Source: Octopus sinensis (Eukaryota). Taken from it: a DNA stretch of 64,000 nt. Below, in pieces: positions 41,481 to 55,559 of this stretch (the first letter of the stretch is position 1; every line of letters starts with the position of its first letter). The notes under the pieces are model-generated. The model was not told where the DNA came from, did no database searches, and saw only the letters and a list, made by a program, of their open reading frames with translations. The position numbers and the translations under genes are program-made. The DNA is taken from positions 94,674,001 to 94,738,000 of the forward strand of contig NC_043001.1 in the NCBI RefSeq assembly GCF_006345805.1, read 5' to 3'.

Positions 41481-42723
41481 TATAAGGGTGAGTTGAAACA
41501 TTCATGGGCTGGCTCTGAAGAATTCATCTATCATTCGTGAAATCTTGCGTACATTAATTTAAAGACTTCTTATTAACTTCATTCGTTCCTTTCATGCAAA
41601 CTAACATCTAACTGTTCAAAACACCTTTAAATGTAAATAGTAGCGGCTTCTCTTGAAAATGGAGAAAAATTCACATCATCGTGCAGAGAAAGAGTTTAGC
41701 CCCTTAGGATACCCATGAAGACATGATTGCTACATTAGCGGGTGACGCAACGAATTTATCAATAACACAAATGGAGTAACTGAATTTAGGAGGGGAATGA
41801 AGTGTCTTAGGAGATATCACATGATCTAGACGTCCTGAAATTACTACCATCGATGAAAACACTGGTCATGTTCTCCACACGCCCATGGATAGCAGGTGAC
41901 TGACTGGCAACCAGATGGCCCGTGCTATTAGATTATCCTTACGAGAGAGTCGAGAATATTCTACAAAATAAACTTGATATGGCGAAAGTTCGTGCCACGT
42001 CTTCTGATAATTGATCAAAGGTGCAACAGCCTGGTCACATCACAGAACAACCTGATATTGTTCGAGGGGGTTCCATCTGGTTTCATCATCCGTTTTGTAA
42101 CATTAGGATCAGTGATGGGTTAATCCCTTTGGAGCAGAGGCAAATAGACAATATATGCAGTGAAAACACCCTTCCTTAACTGCGCCAAATAATGCCAAAG
42201 TTGTTTCATTTACAAGGAGAGTGATGGCCTTAGTTATTTGGAAGCAAAAAGCATTGTTTTTATTGACCATCTTGAAAATGATCGTTCCATCGATGGAGTG
42301 TATTATGTCAAGTTGTGAGTCATTGAGGAAATTCTTTTAAAACCACACACCAACGATATTTGATAAAAAGTTTATTTTTTCATGAGGGAATGCTACAACG
42401 CACAGGCCTTTCGTTTCACCGGCAGCTGTGCGCAACAGTGGCTTTCATTTGTTTGATGATCCTCCCTACTTCCCAGGTGTGGCCGCATCTTATTATCATC
42501 TGTTCAATAACGTCAAAGACACGCAGCTGCGAACGAGTATCACGATGATGATGACGTCTTATCTGCTGTTTATGACTTCTTACACAAACAGGATGAACGC
42601 ATCTTCACCAACTGGATCCAAGCAGTAAAGCACCGATAGAAGAAATGAATGGATGGCAAGGCGGATTATGTTGAAAGTATACTCCATTCGGTAACATTCA
42701 AATGTTTTGAGTCTACCCTCGTA
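41481..42723 (+). mobile_element. Full-length decayed mariner (IS630-Tc1-mariner) DNA transposon, about 1.24 kb
   Basis: Degenerate TIRs tataagggtgagttgaaacatt / aatgttttgagtctaccctcgta with TA ends; transposase remnants MEK.., THEDMIATLAGDA, MAKVRA, VMALVIW..KSIVFIDHLE, DPPYFPGVAAS, FTNWIQA..GKADYVE. Confidence 0.9.
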
Positions 42724-43415
42724 GTTACTGCAAATATAAACCAATAACCAGGCAACAGTATACACCATTAAGAACACATCAACTCTTGACACTTAACACG
42801 ACATTTAAACATTACAAATGCATTTTCAATCGGAACACAAGACGACATACAGCAGTTTACAATCTAATTAACCATAAGTAAAGTTACACGATGTTCCTCC
42901 GCTCAACGTTACTGCAATCGATAACTATTTGAATCTAATTGTATATAACCCAAAATAATAATGAACACTTACAACATGCTCACTTACATGCACATCGGAA
43001 TGCAACTATTGGGAAGCTTATAACTTAACGAAGGTCTGCTATGATTAGAGATAGGGTTAAGCATTGTACGATAAACTTATAAATATTTAATATACATCTC
43101 GTGATTACTTGTTCGCATTATTCGTGAATTTTATAGTGTAGCATTATAAATCGATCGGTAATTAGTAGTCAGGATGTAATTATGTATTTAGGTACTTCTC
43201 GGTTAAATTATATATGAAACTTATACAATAACAAACCCTTGCTGAAAATATCATGGATCTATATATTTAAATGTGTGTTTCGGCGTGCGGAAGTGGGTGT
43301 GTATGTGTGCCTGTGTGGGTGCGTATGTGGGTATGTGTGTGTATGCACGCGCGTGCATGTACGTATAGAGCCATTGACAGTTAGAAATTATATACTTTCC
43401 AAAAATGTAAATTTA

Positions 43416-43572
43416 AGGAGTGGCTGTGGGGTAAGTAGCTTGCTTACCAACCACATGGTGCCGGGTCAATTCCACTGTGTGGCAGCTTGGACAAGTGTCT
43501 TCTACTATAGTCTCGGGCCGACCAAAGCCTTGTAAGTGGATTTGCTAGATAGAAACTGAAAGAAGCCCGTCG

Positions 43573-43637
<65 letters not shown>

Positions 43638-43810
43638 GTGTGTGTATTTGTGTGTCTGTGTTTACATCCCCGTAAGTTAGCGGTTCGGTAAGAGAGACCG
43701 ATATAATAAGTACAAAGCTTACAAAGAATAAGTACTGGGGTCAATTCGCTCAGCTAAAGGCGGTGCTCCAGCATGGCCGCAGTCAAATGACTGAAACCTG
43801 TAAAAGAGTA
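43416..43810 (+). mobile_element. SINE family A, full length
   Basis: aggagtggctgtggggtaagtagcttgcttaccaaccacatgg..aaaggcggtgctccagcatggccgcagtcaaatgactgaaac. Confidence 0.92.
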
Positions 43811-43896
43811 TAGAGTAAAGAGAGGAAGGTTCGGAATACGCGAAATGTCATATTACTCGAATGGCTGCTTTAGAAATGATGAAATTCTTATATATA

Positions 43897-43983
<87 letters not shown>

Positions 43984-44810
43984 GCATGTATGTATGTGTG
44001 TGTGTATGTATGTGTGTGTGTGTGTGTGTGAGTGTGTGTGTATGCGTGTGTTTGTGTGTGATTGTAGTAATACTATTTGATGCAATATAACATTTCATAA
44101 AGCTTGCTATTATGTTGCGAAATTGTGTAAATGATGGATAAATAAACATCATAGAGAAATTGGGTGGAACCAGGTTTAATGCGAATCACGCACTTGATGT
44201 ACCCCACAAATAAGAGACATATTTATTACCATTATATTTGGTAATATTGCCACATGAAATATTAAAGCATGAACAAATTAATAGAACCATATTGGAGACA
44301 GTTATGTGGTTTCAAAAACTCAATTTGCGAGCACACATTCTCCATATTTACTTCTACTGCGTGGTAAATTGGGAAAGTGTTTTCTTATATACACCCGTTG
44401 CAGCCAATTACTTTCAACTGAAGGTAGTAGAGGGATACGGTGTATATATGTTTAAAGTTATTTCTTCTATAAGGCCGCAACAATGAAAGGAGGTACAAAG
44501 TATAATATGAAAAACAAAAAGAATGTATTGTGAAGTTTTCTTTTTCTATTCCTTTTATAGTTTACACTTTATCTTCTTGTATTGTTTCAGATTATACAAC
44601 ACATCTCTTTAAAATAGTACGACGCAATGCTTCGACGTAACAATACATGTTTTAAATCATTTATATGCACACATCCACATATATATATACACATAAAGAT
44701 TCATATATACATGCATACTTATATACACGTATCAATCTATTTATCTATCTTTCTATCTACCATCTACCTACCTACCTATCTATCTACCTACATACTCAAC
44801 TACTTATCTA

Positions 44811-44881
<71 letters not shown>

Positions 44882-44935
44882 AGATGACCAGAGATGGCTT
44901 TGGGGTCAGGGTTAATTTATATTTTAATGATAATG

Positions 44936-44990
44936 TTTCCTGTTACTCCAATGAGTTTCGAGCTTTTTGATAGCCCTTTTCAATCTGAAA
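44936..44990 (-). ncRNA. Decayed hammerhead motif
   Basis: tttcaga-TTGAAAA-gggct-atcaaaa-agctc-GAA-actc-attg-gagt-A-acaggaaa: stems II (5 bp) and III (4 bp) intact; core has two transitions relative to CTGANGA; stem I 5 of 7. Confidence 0.45.
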
Positions 44991-45689
44991 TTCTGTGGTT
45001 TAGGAAATTGTTTACATGGCATATATATACAAATAAACAATAAAAACAGGAAATAAAAGACAGAAAATTTAATAAAGAAGATAGAAAGTATATACAACAG
45101 CATGCGTGAAAAAAGGAGAAGAAAAGAAGAAGGAAATAGGAAAAAGGGAAAAGGAAAGAAAATAGCGGATAAAAGGTGGAAGATAAGAAGACAAAAAGCT
45201 GTTGAAAATGGCAGTGAGAAGAGATTAGAATACGTGTGGGAGTGGCCAAAAAAAGTTTCGTTCTGTTCTTGTCAGAATATGACCTTTGCGAATCTTTTGA
45301 TTTGAGATCATTTTATTCATTTTTCCCAGATGGTATGGTGTGCTCTATTTCGTAACAAACAGACGCGCACGCACGCACACGTTACACACACATCACATAC
45401 ATATAGAGATACATACACACATCTACACATGCGTGGATACATACACCACACACCAAATACAAACACACAAATATATTATGCTGTAACTATTTTATTATCC
45501 TTCAATATATTCATACACACACACACACGTATATATTATAGATATATATATAATAATATATATATTTATATATATAATATATAAATATATGCATATATAC
45601 ATACTTTATGTACATACCTACATAGAGATGTATATATACATGCATACATGGGTACAGGACATAAAGAAAATTTTGAACACAATGAGAAA

Positions 45690-45830
45690 CGAGAACAAAT
45701 AAAATCGTAGAAACAAACATTTTTCGAACAACGAAAAAAGAACCTGAGAGACGAGACATGCAACATAAAGAGTATTACCCTTCATCAGTTGTCCCTGTTT
45801 CATCTACTCCGCGTAGTACTACACAAAAAG
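45690..45830 (-). mobile_element. Dispersed repeat homologous to 1-110, carrying CTGATGA
   Basis: Similarity seen by eye; no GAAAC half found. Confidence 0.35.
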
Positions 45831-46814
45831 CAAATTAAATAAATTTTGGGATTTTTGCGGAGGGTGAAAGTGATAACAAGAACAGGACAGTGGCGAACAA
45901 AATAAATTATATAATATATATATAATATATATATATATCTTATATTATATATATATTATATTATATATATATGTATGTGTGTGTGTGTAAGAAAATATCT
46001 ATAATGGCATATACATACCTGTGTTGCTGTGTGTTTTGTTGCACCTGGGCTTGTCACACTTCGTGTGAGAATTGGTTTTGGTTTGCTTACATCTCTTTTA
46101 TTTATAGGCACAGCAAATGAATTTGATAGAAGTATTTGCCTTAAATAGTAATTACGGTTAGATTCGTTCAACAAGATCTTTGAAGTCCTTGCCCCAGCAT
46201 GACCACGATTTATTGAGGGATACTTTTAAATTATTTATTGAACTAGGAAAAACAGGGATTTCGAGGTTGGCGAGAGATTAATGGTTAAGTTTTATTGAAT
46301 AATTACTTTATACGTTTCATTTTTTAATTGTCTGAGTGTTGTGATAAAATGAGACAATGCATGCGCTCTTTGCTACACATCTACATATGCAAATACCCTC
46401 AGGGAAACTTATACATACGCACAAGCAGAATCATAGAGTGTGTCTAAATATAAGTCATGAAATGATAAAACGAATCCAATTATTAAAAAAAAAATAACAT
46501 CATGAGCACAGACTATTACGCTGTTGGTTATATGTGACATATACGTACAGTATTTCATTTTTATGCAAAAACAAAACATACATTGCAAAATGAATTGTAT
46601 ATGTCTTTTATGTGTGAATACACATGCCTCCTGCAAAGTCGTTAATTGTATCATGAAAAATGTTAATTATTATGTACCTTTGTAAATAGCGGCATATGCA
46701 CTGACACAACTATAGACTATACGATAGACAAGGCTTTCCCTAACTCAACAGCTTTAAAGACTAGTAAGTCACATATATATATATACACTTAATCACAGAG
46801 AATACGCACGTGCA

Positions 46815-46988
46815 CTAAAATATCTGTGTGATAAGTAGCTTATTTACCAACCACATGGTTCCCGGTTCAGTCTCACTGCGTGACACCTTCGGCAAGTGTC
46901 TTCCACTATAGCCTCGGGCCGACCAAAGCCTTGTGAGTGGATTTGGTTTACGGAAACTGAAAGAAGCACGTCGTATATATGTATATAC

Positions 46989-47022
<34 letters not shown>

Positions 47023-47417
47023 TTGTGTGTCTGTGTTTGTCCCACTAGCAATGCTTGACAACCGATGCTGGTGTGTTTATGTCCCCGTTACTTAGTGGTT
47101 CGGCAAAAGAGACCGATAGAATAAATACTGGGCTTACAAAAGAATAAGTCCCGGGGTCGAGTTGCTCGATTAAAGGCGGTGCTCCAGCATGGCCGCAGTT
47201 AAATGACTGAAACAACTAAAAGAGTAAAAGAGTAAAAAGTGTATATGTATATAGGCGCAGGCGTGGCTGTGTGGTAAGTAGTTTGATTAACAACCACATG
47301 GTTTCGGGTTCAGTCCTACTGCGTGGCACCTTGTGCAAGTATCTTCAACTGTAACCTCGAGCCGACCAAAGCCTTGTGAGTGGATTTGGTAGACGGAAAC
47401 TGAAAGAAGCCCGTCGC

Positions 47418-47448
<31 letters not shown>

Positions 47449-47867
47449 GTGTGTGTGTGTGTGTGTGTGTGTTTGTGTGTCTGTGTTTGTCCCACTAGCA
47501 ATGCTTGACAACCGATGCTGGTGTGTTTATGTCCCCGTTACTTAGTGGTTCGGCAAAAGAGACCGATAGAATAAATACTGGGCTTACAAAAGAATAAGTC
47601 CCGGGGTCGAGTTGCTCGATTAAAGGCGGTGCTCCAGCATGGCCGCAGTTAAATGACTGAAACAACTAAAAGAGTAAAAGAGTAAAAAGTGTATATGTAT
47701 ATAGGCGCAGGCGTGGCTGTGTGGTAAGTAGTTTGATTAACAACCACATGGTTTCGGGTTCAGTCCTACTGCGTGGCACCTTGTGCAAGTATCTTCAACT
47801 GTAACCTCGAGCCGACCAAAGCCTTGTGAGTGGATTTGGTAGACGGAAACTGAAAGAAGCCCGTCGC

Positions 47868-47898
<31 letters not shown>

Positions 47899-48565
47899 GT
47901 GTGTGTGTGTGTGTGTGTGTGTTTGTGTGTCTGTGTTTGTCCCACTAGCAATGCTTGACAACCGATGCTGGTGTGTTTATGTCCCCGTTACTTAGTGGTT
48001 CGGCAAAAGAGACCGATAGAATAAATACTGGGCTTACAAAAGAATAAGTCCCGGGGTCGAGTTGCTCGATTAAAGGCGGTGCTCCAGCATGGCCGCAGTT
48101 AAATGACTGAAACAACTAAAAGAGTAAAAGAGTAAAAAGTGTATATGTATATAGGCGCAGGCGTGGATGTGTGGTAAGTAGTTTGATTAACAACCACATG
48201 GTTTCGGGTTCAGTCCTACTGCGTGGCACCTTGTGCAAGTATCTTCAACTGTAACCTCGAGCCGACCAAAGCCTTGTGAGTGGATTTGGTAGACGGAAAC
48301 TGAAAGAAGCCCGTCGCATATATATATATATATATATGTGTGTGTGGTGTGTGTGTGTGTGTGTGCGTGTGTGTGTATGCGTGTATGTATATGTTTGTGC
48401 GTCCGTTTTTGTCCCCCCAACATCGCTTGACAACCGATGCTGGTGAGCTTAAGTCCCCGTCACATAGGGATTCGGCAAGAGAGACCGATAGAATGAATAA
48501 GAACCAGGCTTACATTGAATAAGTGCTGAGATCGATTTGACTGAAACAAATAAAAGAATAAAAGA
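46815..48565 (+). mobile_element. Array of four SINE family A units containing a 450-bp triplication
   Basis: cccactagcaatgcttgaca at 47041, 47491 and 47941 (period 450); the first head and the last tail are divergent. Confidence 0.95.
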
Positions 48566-48811
48566 ATATCAGCAAATGTCACTATATATTTGTGTTAGAA
48601 ACAGTGAAGGGTTGTGGAATTTTGTAGCAGAATTGTTGTCGCATATTGTGTTGTATAGTTATATTACTTGTTTGAAGATATTAACATCTTACATTGGAAC
48701 TAATCCATGCCTTTACATGGGATTGTCATATTTGATTAATTATTTTAAGTTACGTATTTCCATATAAATCGATTATATATTTACTTATCTTTCTATATCT
48801 GTTTGTATACT

Positions 48812-49021
48812 CTTGTACTCGTTTTAGTCATGTGATTGTGGCCATGCAGAATCACTGCCTTTAGTCGAGAAAATTGAGCCCAGGACTTATTCTTTGTAAG
48901 CCTAGTACTTATTGTATCGGTCTCTTTTGCGAAAATGCTAAGTTACGCGGACGTAAACACTCCAGCATCGGTTGCCAAGCGATGTTGTGGGGACAAACAC
49001 AGACACACAAACATATAGACA

Positions 49022-49104
<83 letters not shown>

Positions 49105-49245
49105 CGACGGGCTTCTTTCAGTTTCCGTCTACCAAATCCACTCAAGGCTTTGGTCGACCCGAGGCTATAGTGGAAGACACTGCCCAAAGTGCCACGCAGA
49201 ACCCAGAACCATGTGGTTCGTAAGCTAGCTATTTACCACGCTGCC
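48812..49245 (-). mobile_element. SINE family A, inverted relative to the array
   Basis: cagtcatg..gtggccatgc..gctagctatttaccac. Confidence 0.9.
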
Positions 49246-49973
49246 AGTTTATAAATTGTATACCTGACACTGGGACTTTCTTTCAATCCAACGAATAATA
49301 AAGCACTTATTAATACCAACTAATTTCACTGACATGTGTATTGGAAGTAAATTTGATCCTTTTTTTATGTTTAAATCAAGTAAAATGTCACTCAGAATTA
49401 TGCCGCCTGTGTCTGCTTTTATCACCTGCTCTTCTACCTTGTTTGAATTAAATTTTTATTCGTATATTGATAAAATTTCCGTATTGACACAAAATTCTTG
49501 TAAAAACACAAACAGCACATGACAATACGTTAAGTCAGGGGATATATAATGCGATGACAAACCAGAGCAAGCATTGTTTCTATCTGTCCAGACGGATAAG
49601 TTCCTGTCTGGCGTCTGATATCAATAAAGAAGATTAAAACCACCTGTTCTTTTCAATATTTACAGGGAATTTGGTCAGCTAATGACTAATCTTTAAACAT
49701 TTATGAAGATCAATTTGATGTCCGTGTGGAAACGACGCACTAACAAATAGAGCAACTTTGTTAAACTGAAAGCGTCTTCGGTGTCATTGAAATCGATATT
49801 AACGTTCGAATGAGATTTCCAATTAAAAAGAGCGATGCGTGTTTGAGAAACTGAATATATTAAGGCCATACATCAACACCGGAGTATTTACCATAATATG
49901 AGAGTAACTTTGCCACCATGGGTAATATCACAAATTGTTACCTGCGTACAATAATTACGATAAAAAGTTGATT

Positions 49974-50039
<66 letters not shown>

Positions 50040-50477
50040 AAACATATATAATATATGTATATGTGTTTCGCGCAAAATAAATATGTAAATATGGTGTTAC
50101 TTGTTTAAATTTCATAAACATAATCGCAATTCTATAATATTACAGTGAAAATACATCACCACAAAATTTCGTGAAAATATATATATATATATATATTCAG
50201 AAAGCGGTAAGACAATAATTTTATATTGCTCAGTTTCTCCTTTTCACTCTCTAACCTCTCTCGTTCTAAGATTACTGGACGAACCATCCGACATGTCCAC
50301 GAAAACATCCGGCACAATTCTTACGTGATGAGGGTCCAAATATTGCTTAAAATTTAAAAGGCTATTAAACAAAGGGAAAACCACACAAGACATTGAACAC
50401 ATACATGCATACGCACGCACACACACACGCGCGCAAACACACACACACTATCTATCAATCCCTCTCTCTCTGTATAT

Positions 50478-50479
<2 letters not shown>

Positions 50480-50564
<85 letters not shown>

Positions 50565-50597
50565 TATATATAGATAGATATATCATATCATATATAT

Positions 50598-50628
<31 letters not shown>

Positions 50629-50813
50629 TATGTATGTATATGTATATACATGTATATATATGTATATATATATATATATATACATATATATGTGTATATA
50701 TATATATATGTATGTATATATATATATATATGTACATATATATATATAATATATATATATATATTATATACATATATATATATATATATGTATATATCTA
50801 TCTATCTAGCTAG

Positions 50814-50856
<43 letters not shown>

Positions 50857-50910
50857 GTATGTATGTATATATATATTTACGTATATATATATGTATTTAT
50901 ATGTGTATAA
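50480..50910. repeat. (TATC)n/(TA)n compound microsatellite
   Basis: Seen directly. Confidence 0.95.
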
Positions 50911-52109
50911 TATTAGTAAAATATATGAAATGTGTAATAGATATTATTGGGTACAATACATATATCGACTCGCCCTGGTTCTGTTCGGGTGCATGAATAT
51001 TAAGTCTCACTGGAGGTTTCTTTACTTGGCCTATATGTCCATCAAATTCGGGAATATGTATATGAAGAAATGATTACATCCAATATTGTACGGGTCTTAT
51101 ACCTCATATTGTTGGAGAAATTTCCCTAAAATAAATAGGTATGTATTATGCATAGCATCTGCATTCAATTAAGAGAAGCAAATGGAGATATAATGATTAA
51201 TAATAAATTTATTAAAATATTGATAACCATTCCTACAATTGTTTCAATTCATATTTAACAAGTAATTTACAAATTTATGTAATAAATTGGCATGTATAAG
51301 TTGTGAGCAAAATGTCACCAGGAAATATTAAACATTAAAGTAGTACGTGTTAACTAATGTGTTCTTTCCAACAGAGATTCTGTTAGAAAGAGTAAAACCG
51401 TTCACCATGTAATTCTTAATGCATATTTAGTACATAGATTGTTAACTTATCTAATATAAAGAGGGGGCAATTATCAGTATTACTGATTAAGAGTTTAAAA
51501 AAAATTATCTGAAAGCCTTTCCTTACGAAGCAATTACAGAGGTTGTTACTCGGAATGCGATAAAAGAACACTTCAGTTCAGCAATAACTATGAAAATTTT
51601 ACCTGTTATAATGTGAAATTGCGAAGAGATGAATGTACAATTAGAATAAGAATATCGGTACATTTTTATGGATGGAGTTTTCTTATATTGAGCTTTGAGA
51701 CATTATACATTTAAGAGGTAAATAACATGATGCCTGAATTATATACGATTAAAATAATCTGTTAGGAAAGGTAATAATTCAAACTGAACATATGCCGAGA
51801 GCGGTTATGAATTTATTAGTACGTTATTCCCTTCAAGCCGTATTAAAATTAAAGAGAAATAATTTTATTGTTTGGTATGAAACTTTTAGTTTCAGAGAGA
51901 AACTGCTATGCTAGTGGCAATCGCTAACGATGTTGACAACGTCTAGATGCTGTGACAATGAAAACATGGAAATTTGAATTAAAAAAAAAAATTAATCTCT
52001 CACTCTAGCAATGTAAGCTACAAATTTGTTTAGAGGAAAATGATAGCTCTGCTTCACAAATTTAAGAATCTTCAGCAGTTTACACAGAGTGAGGCTTATA
52101 ATTTACCAT

Positions 52110-52348
52110 TATACTCTTTTATTTGTTTCAGTCATGTGATTGTGGCCATGCAGAAGCACCGCTTTTAGTCGAGCAAATCGACTCCAGGACTTATTCCTTG
52201 TAAGCCTAGTACTTATTCTATCGGACTCTTTTGCCGAACCGCTAAGTTACGGGGACGTAAACACACCAGCATTGGTTGTCAAGCGATGTTGGGGGATAAA
52301 CACAAACACACGTACACACACACACACGTACACAGACACACACATATA

Positions 52349-52393
<45 letters not shown>

Positions 52394-52595
52394 TACATAT
52401 ACATACATTTATATGACGGGCCTCTTTCAGTTTCCGTCTAACAAATCCACTCACAAGGCTTTGGTTAGCCCGTGGGTATATTAGATGACACTTGCCCAAG
52501 TTGCTATGCAGTAGGACTGAACCCGGAAACATGTTATTCGTAAGCAAGGTACTTAACACAGCCTCTCCTACGCCTATGCACACAGCCACTCCTAC
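52110..52595 (-). mobile_element. SINE family A with duplicated 5' tip
   Basis: Full body; ends acacagcctctcctacgcctatgc-acacagccactcctacgg. Confidence 0.9.
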
Positions 52596-52851
52596 GGTTT
52601 ATAGTAAATAATTTACACCTCATTTTCGTCGAAACCTATTGGCATAGAACACGGCTTGCTCAGGCTCAATTTCACAGTTTACATAAACAAAAGGAAATAT
52701 CCCATCTGAACACAATGCACTCAAATAGTAGCGGGAAGCAAACTACCTCAGCCAATAACACACATTTGTGCTTATATATATATATACACGTATGAGCGTG
52801 TAAATATATACATACATACATACATACATACATACATACATACATACATAC

Positions 52852-52882
<31 letters not shown>

Positions 52883-53164
52883 TATATATAATATATATAT
52901 ATATATATACATATATGATACGTCATGTAATAACATCGACAAAAATATAAGAGTGATATCGACTAGTAGTAAATCGCAATTACACTTCTTCGGGTGAGGA
53001 TTTGAAAGTAGGAAAAATAATGGGAGACTATACAGTTTTACATCCTCCAACGATAAGTCTTGAAAATCTGATGATTTCTTTCAACTTTTCCCGTGAAAGC
53101 AATTGCGTTCGTAAAGGTCATTTTTCTACCCCTCACAGCAAATTAAGATTATTTTTTTTATCGA

Positions 53165-53169
53165 GAATA

Positions 53170-53202
<33 letters not shown>

Positions 53203-53278
53203 CATACATACGCACACACACACATATATATATACATATATATACGTATATATATATAATATATATAATATATATATA

Positions 53279-53319
<41 letters not shown>

Positions 53320-53554
53320 ATATATTATATATATATATATATATATACATATATAAAAATATATATATGTATATATATATACATAATATATATATATACA
53401 TATATATATGTATATATATATAATATATATATACACATTTATCTATATACATATCTTATGTATAACTTCATACATATATACAAATATATACATGTATATA
53501 TATATATATGTGTGTGTGTGTATATATATATATATATGTGTATATATATAATAT

Positions 53555-53597
<43 letters not shown>

Positions 53598-53640
53598 TCA
53601 TATACCTGTGTATATGAATATATATGCGTGCACGTATAGC
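53165..53640. repeat. Long interrupted (TA)n tract
   Basis: Seen directly. Confidence 0.95.
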
Positions 53641-53894
53641 TGTTTATAAATATATACATATGTGTTCGTATGTATGTGAGTGTTCGGATGTGTAGTATTG
53701 ATGAATAAGTTGCGGGTTTGTATTTATAATGGTGTATGCATGTGAATGAGCATGTATGAGTATATAATTATCATATTAAAAGCATTTATGTCAACAAAAT
53801 CTACCATCAGCATTGATTTCATTTTCTTCTACGTTTTATATTACTTTTACATAGAAGAACCCTACTACTATTGCAAATTCTTGTACTGAATCGT

Positions 53895-54030
53895 CTGCTA
53901 CTACAACTACTATTAGTGCTGCTACCACCATCACCACCACCACCACCACCACCACCACCACCACCACCACCACCGCCACCACCACCATCACCACCACTAC
54001 CACTACTACTAATACTACTACTACTACCAA
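53895..54030. repeat. (CTA)n-(CCA)n-(CTA)n triplet repeat
   Basis: Seen directly; source of the poly-Pro/poly-Val ORFs. Confidence 0.95.
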
Positions 54031-54827
54031 TACATTATTTCTCCCCGCTGAAGGTGAAACGCTGAAATTTTCTCTTGCGCACCAAATATTTTTCGTACAT
54101 GTGTTTTAATGAAATCATAAATATATGAAAGTAGCGGATTACGCCCCATTAGAACTTTACCTTAATGGAAGTGGACAGTTAAAAAGCTTTAAAAAATGTT
54201 ATTGCTTCAATATATAGGTGCTCTGATATATACTCCCATGTGGTTTTTTCTGTACACTTAAAATGAAACTTCATTCAACAAGCTGAAAGCAGCTGTTAAC
54301 AATTTTCAGCGTTATTATGAGATTTTAATACCTGTCTAATGGTGGATATGTTAATTTATTTTTGGGTATCTTTAAATGTGTTGTGCAGATTGATGATATT
54401 ACATTGATGAAAGCCAGCTTTCGCGTTAGTGAAACAATAGAGGTTAAATATGAAATCACCACTCTCGTATGAAAATGTAAACGGAAGGTAGAGTATTTTC
54501 AAACATCTTTCCCAATCAAATACTAGAGGAGACACACTTAGCAAGTTTAAGGATGCTTAGAAGACAGATACGGAAGGCTGAAGACATAGATACATGCATG
54601 TATGTATACATACGTACAAACATACATACAGACACGCATACATATATACGTATTTACAAACATAAGAACATAATTTGACTTACATAATGGCGTCTGATGT
54701 GGTCAGTCCGACACCCGTGTGTTCTTACTGCTGATATAAAGGCAACATCAGATAAGGTAAGAAATGAGCCACACGATGCGGTAAGATTACATACGAATAT
54801 TTCAACGTAAGCGCTTTAGTAACACAT

Positions 54828-55230
54828 AATCTTTCCTGCTCTAGGCACAAGGCCCGACATTTTTGGGAGGGAGGCCAGTCGATTGTATCAACTCTAGTAG
54901 GCAACAGGTATTTACTTACGCAACCCAGAGAGGTAAAATTTACATCGGCGGATTTGAGCTCCAGACTTAAAGACAGACGAAATACTGCTAAGTATTTCGC
55001 CCGGTTCGCTAACGTTTGTTATTTCTTTATTGCCCACAATGGACTAAACACAAAGGGGACAAACAAGGATGGACAAACGGATTAAGTCGATTACATCGAT
55101 CCCAGTGCGTAACTGGTACTTAATTTATCGACCCCGAAAGGATGAAAGGTAGAGTCAACCTCGGCGGAATTTGAACTCAGAACGAAACAGCAGAGGGAAT
55201 ACTGCTAACGTCTCTGCCAGCACGCCGCAT
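54828..55230 (-). mobile_element. SINE family B dimer
   Basis: Two bodies joined at ctaacgtttgtt|atttctttattgcccac, a different junction from those at 34 and 37 kb. Confidence 0.85.
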
Positions 55231-55559
55231 TGCTTTAGTAACAGATATATGTTTACATGTTTATACAAACACAGTGTTATAACGCTACATACACCACTTA
55301 CACATGTAAACAAAGAAATCAAAGTACGTTTCTAAAACCTTCGCTTACACACCAAATAATTACTAAATATGGATTTTTATATACATTCGAAGTATTAAAG
55401 AATAACCTGAAAGGATAGACTCCTCAAACGTCGAAGTCAATTCAGACAAAATGTTTGTCAAAATTTTTAAAGATGATCATTGTCTATTTTGAAAAGCAAA
55501 CACAAATATCTCTCATTAGACAACATCTTAATGACTGAACATGTAAAACTTAAATGCAA

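Noticed and set aside
46815-48565. CRISPR-like or satellite array
   Set aside because: Units are whole SINE segments with no unique spacers; eukaryotic context.
55405-55440. Plus-strand ctgaaagga-tagac-tcct-caaacgtc
   Set aside because: Both halves of the core are broken and stem I is absent; too degenerate to count.
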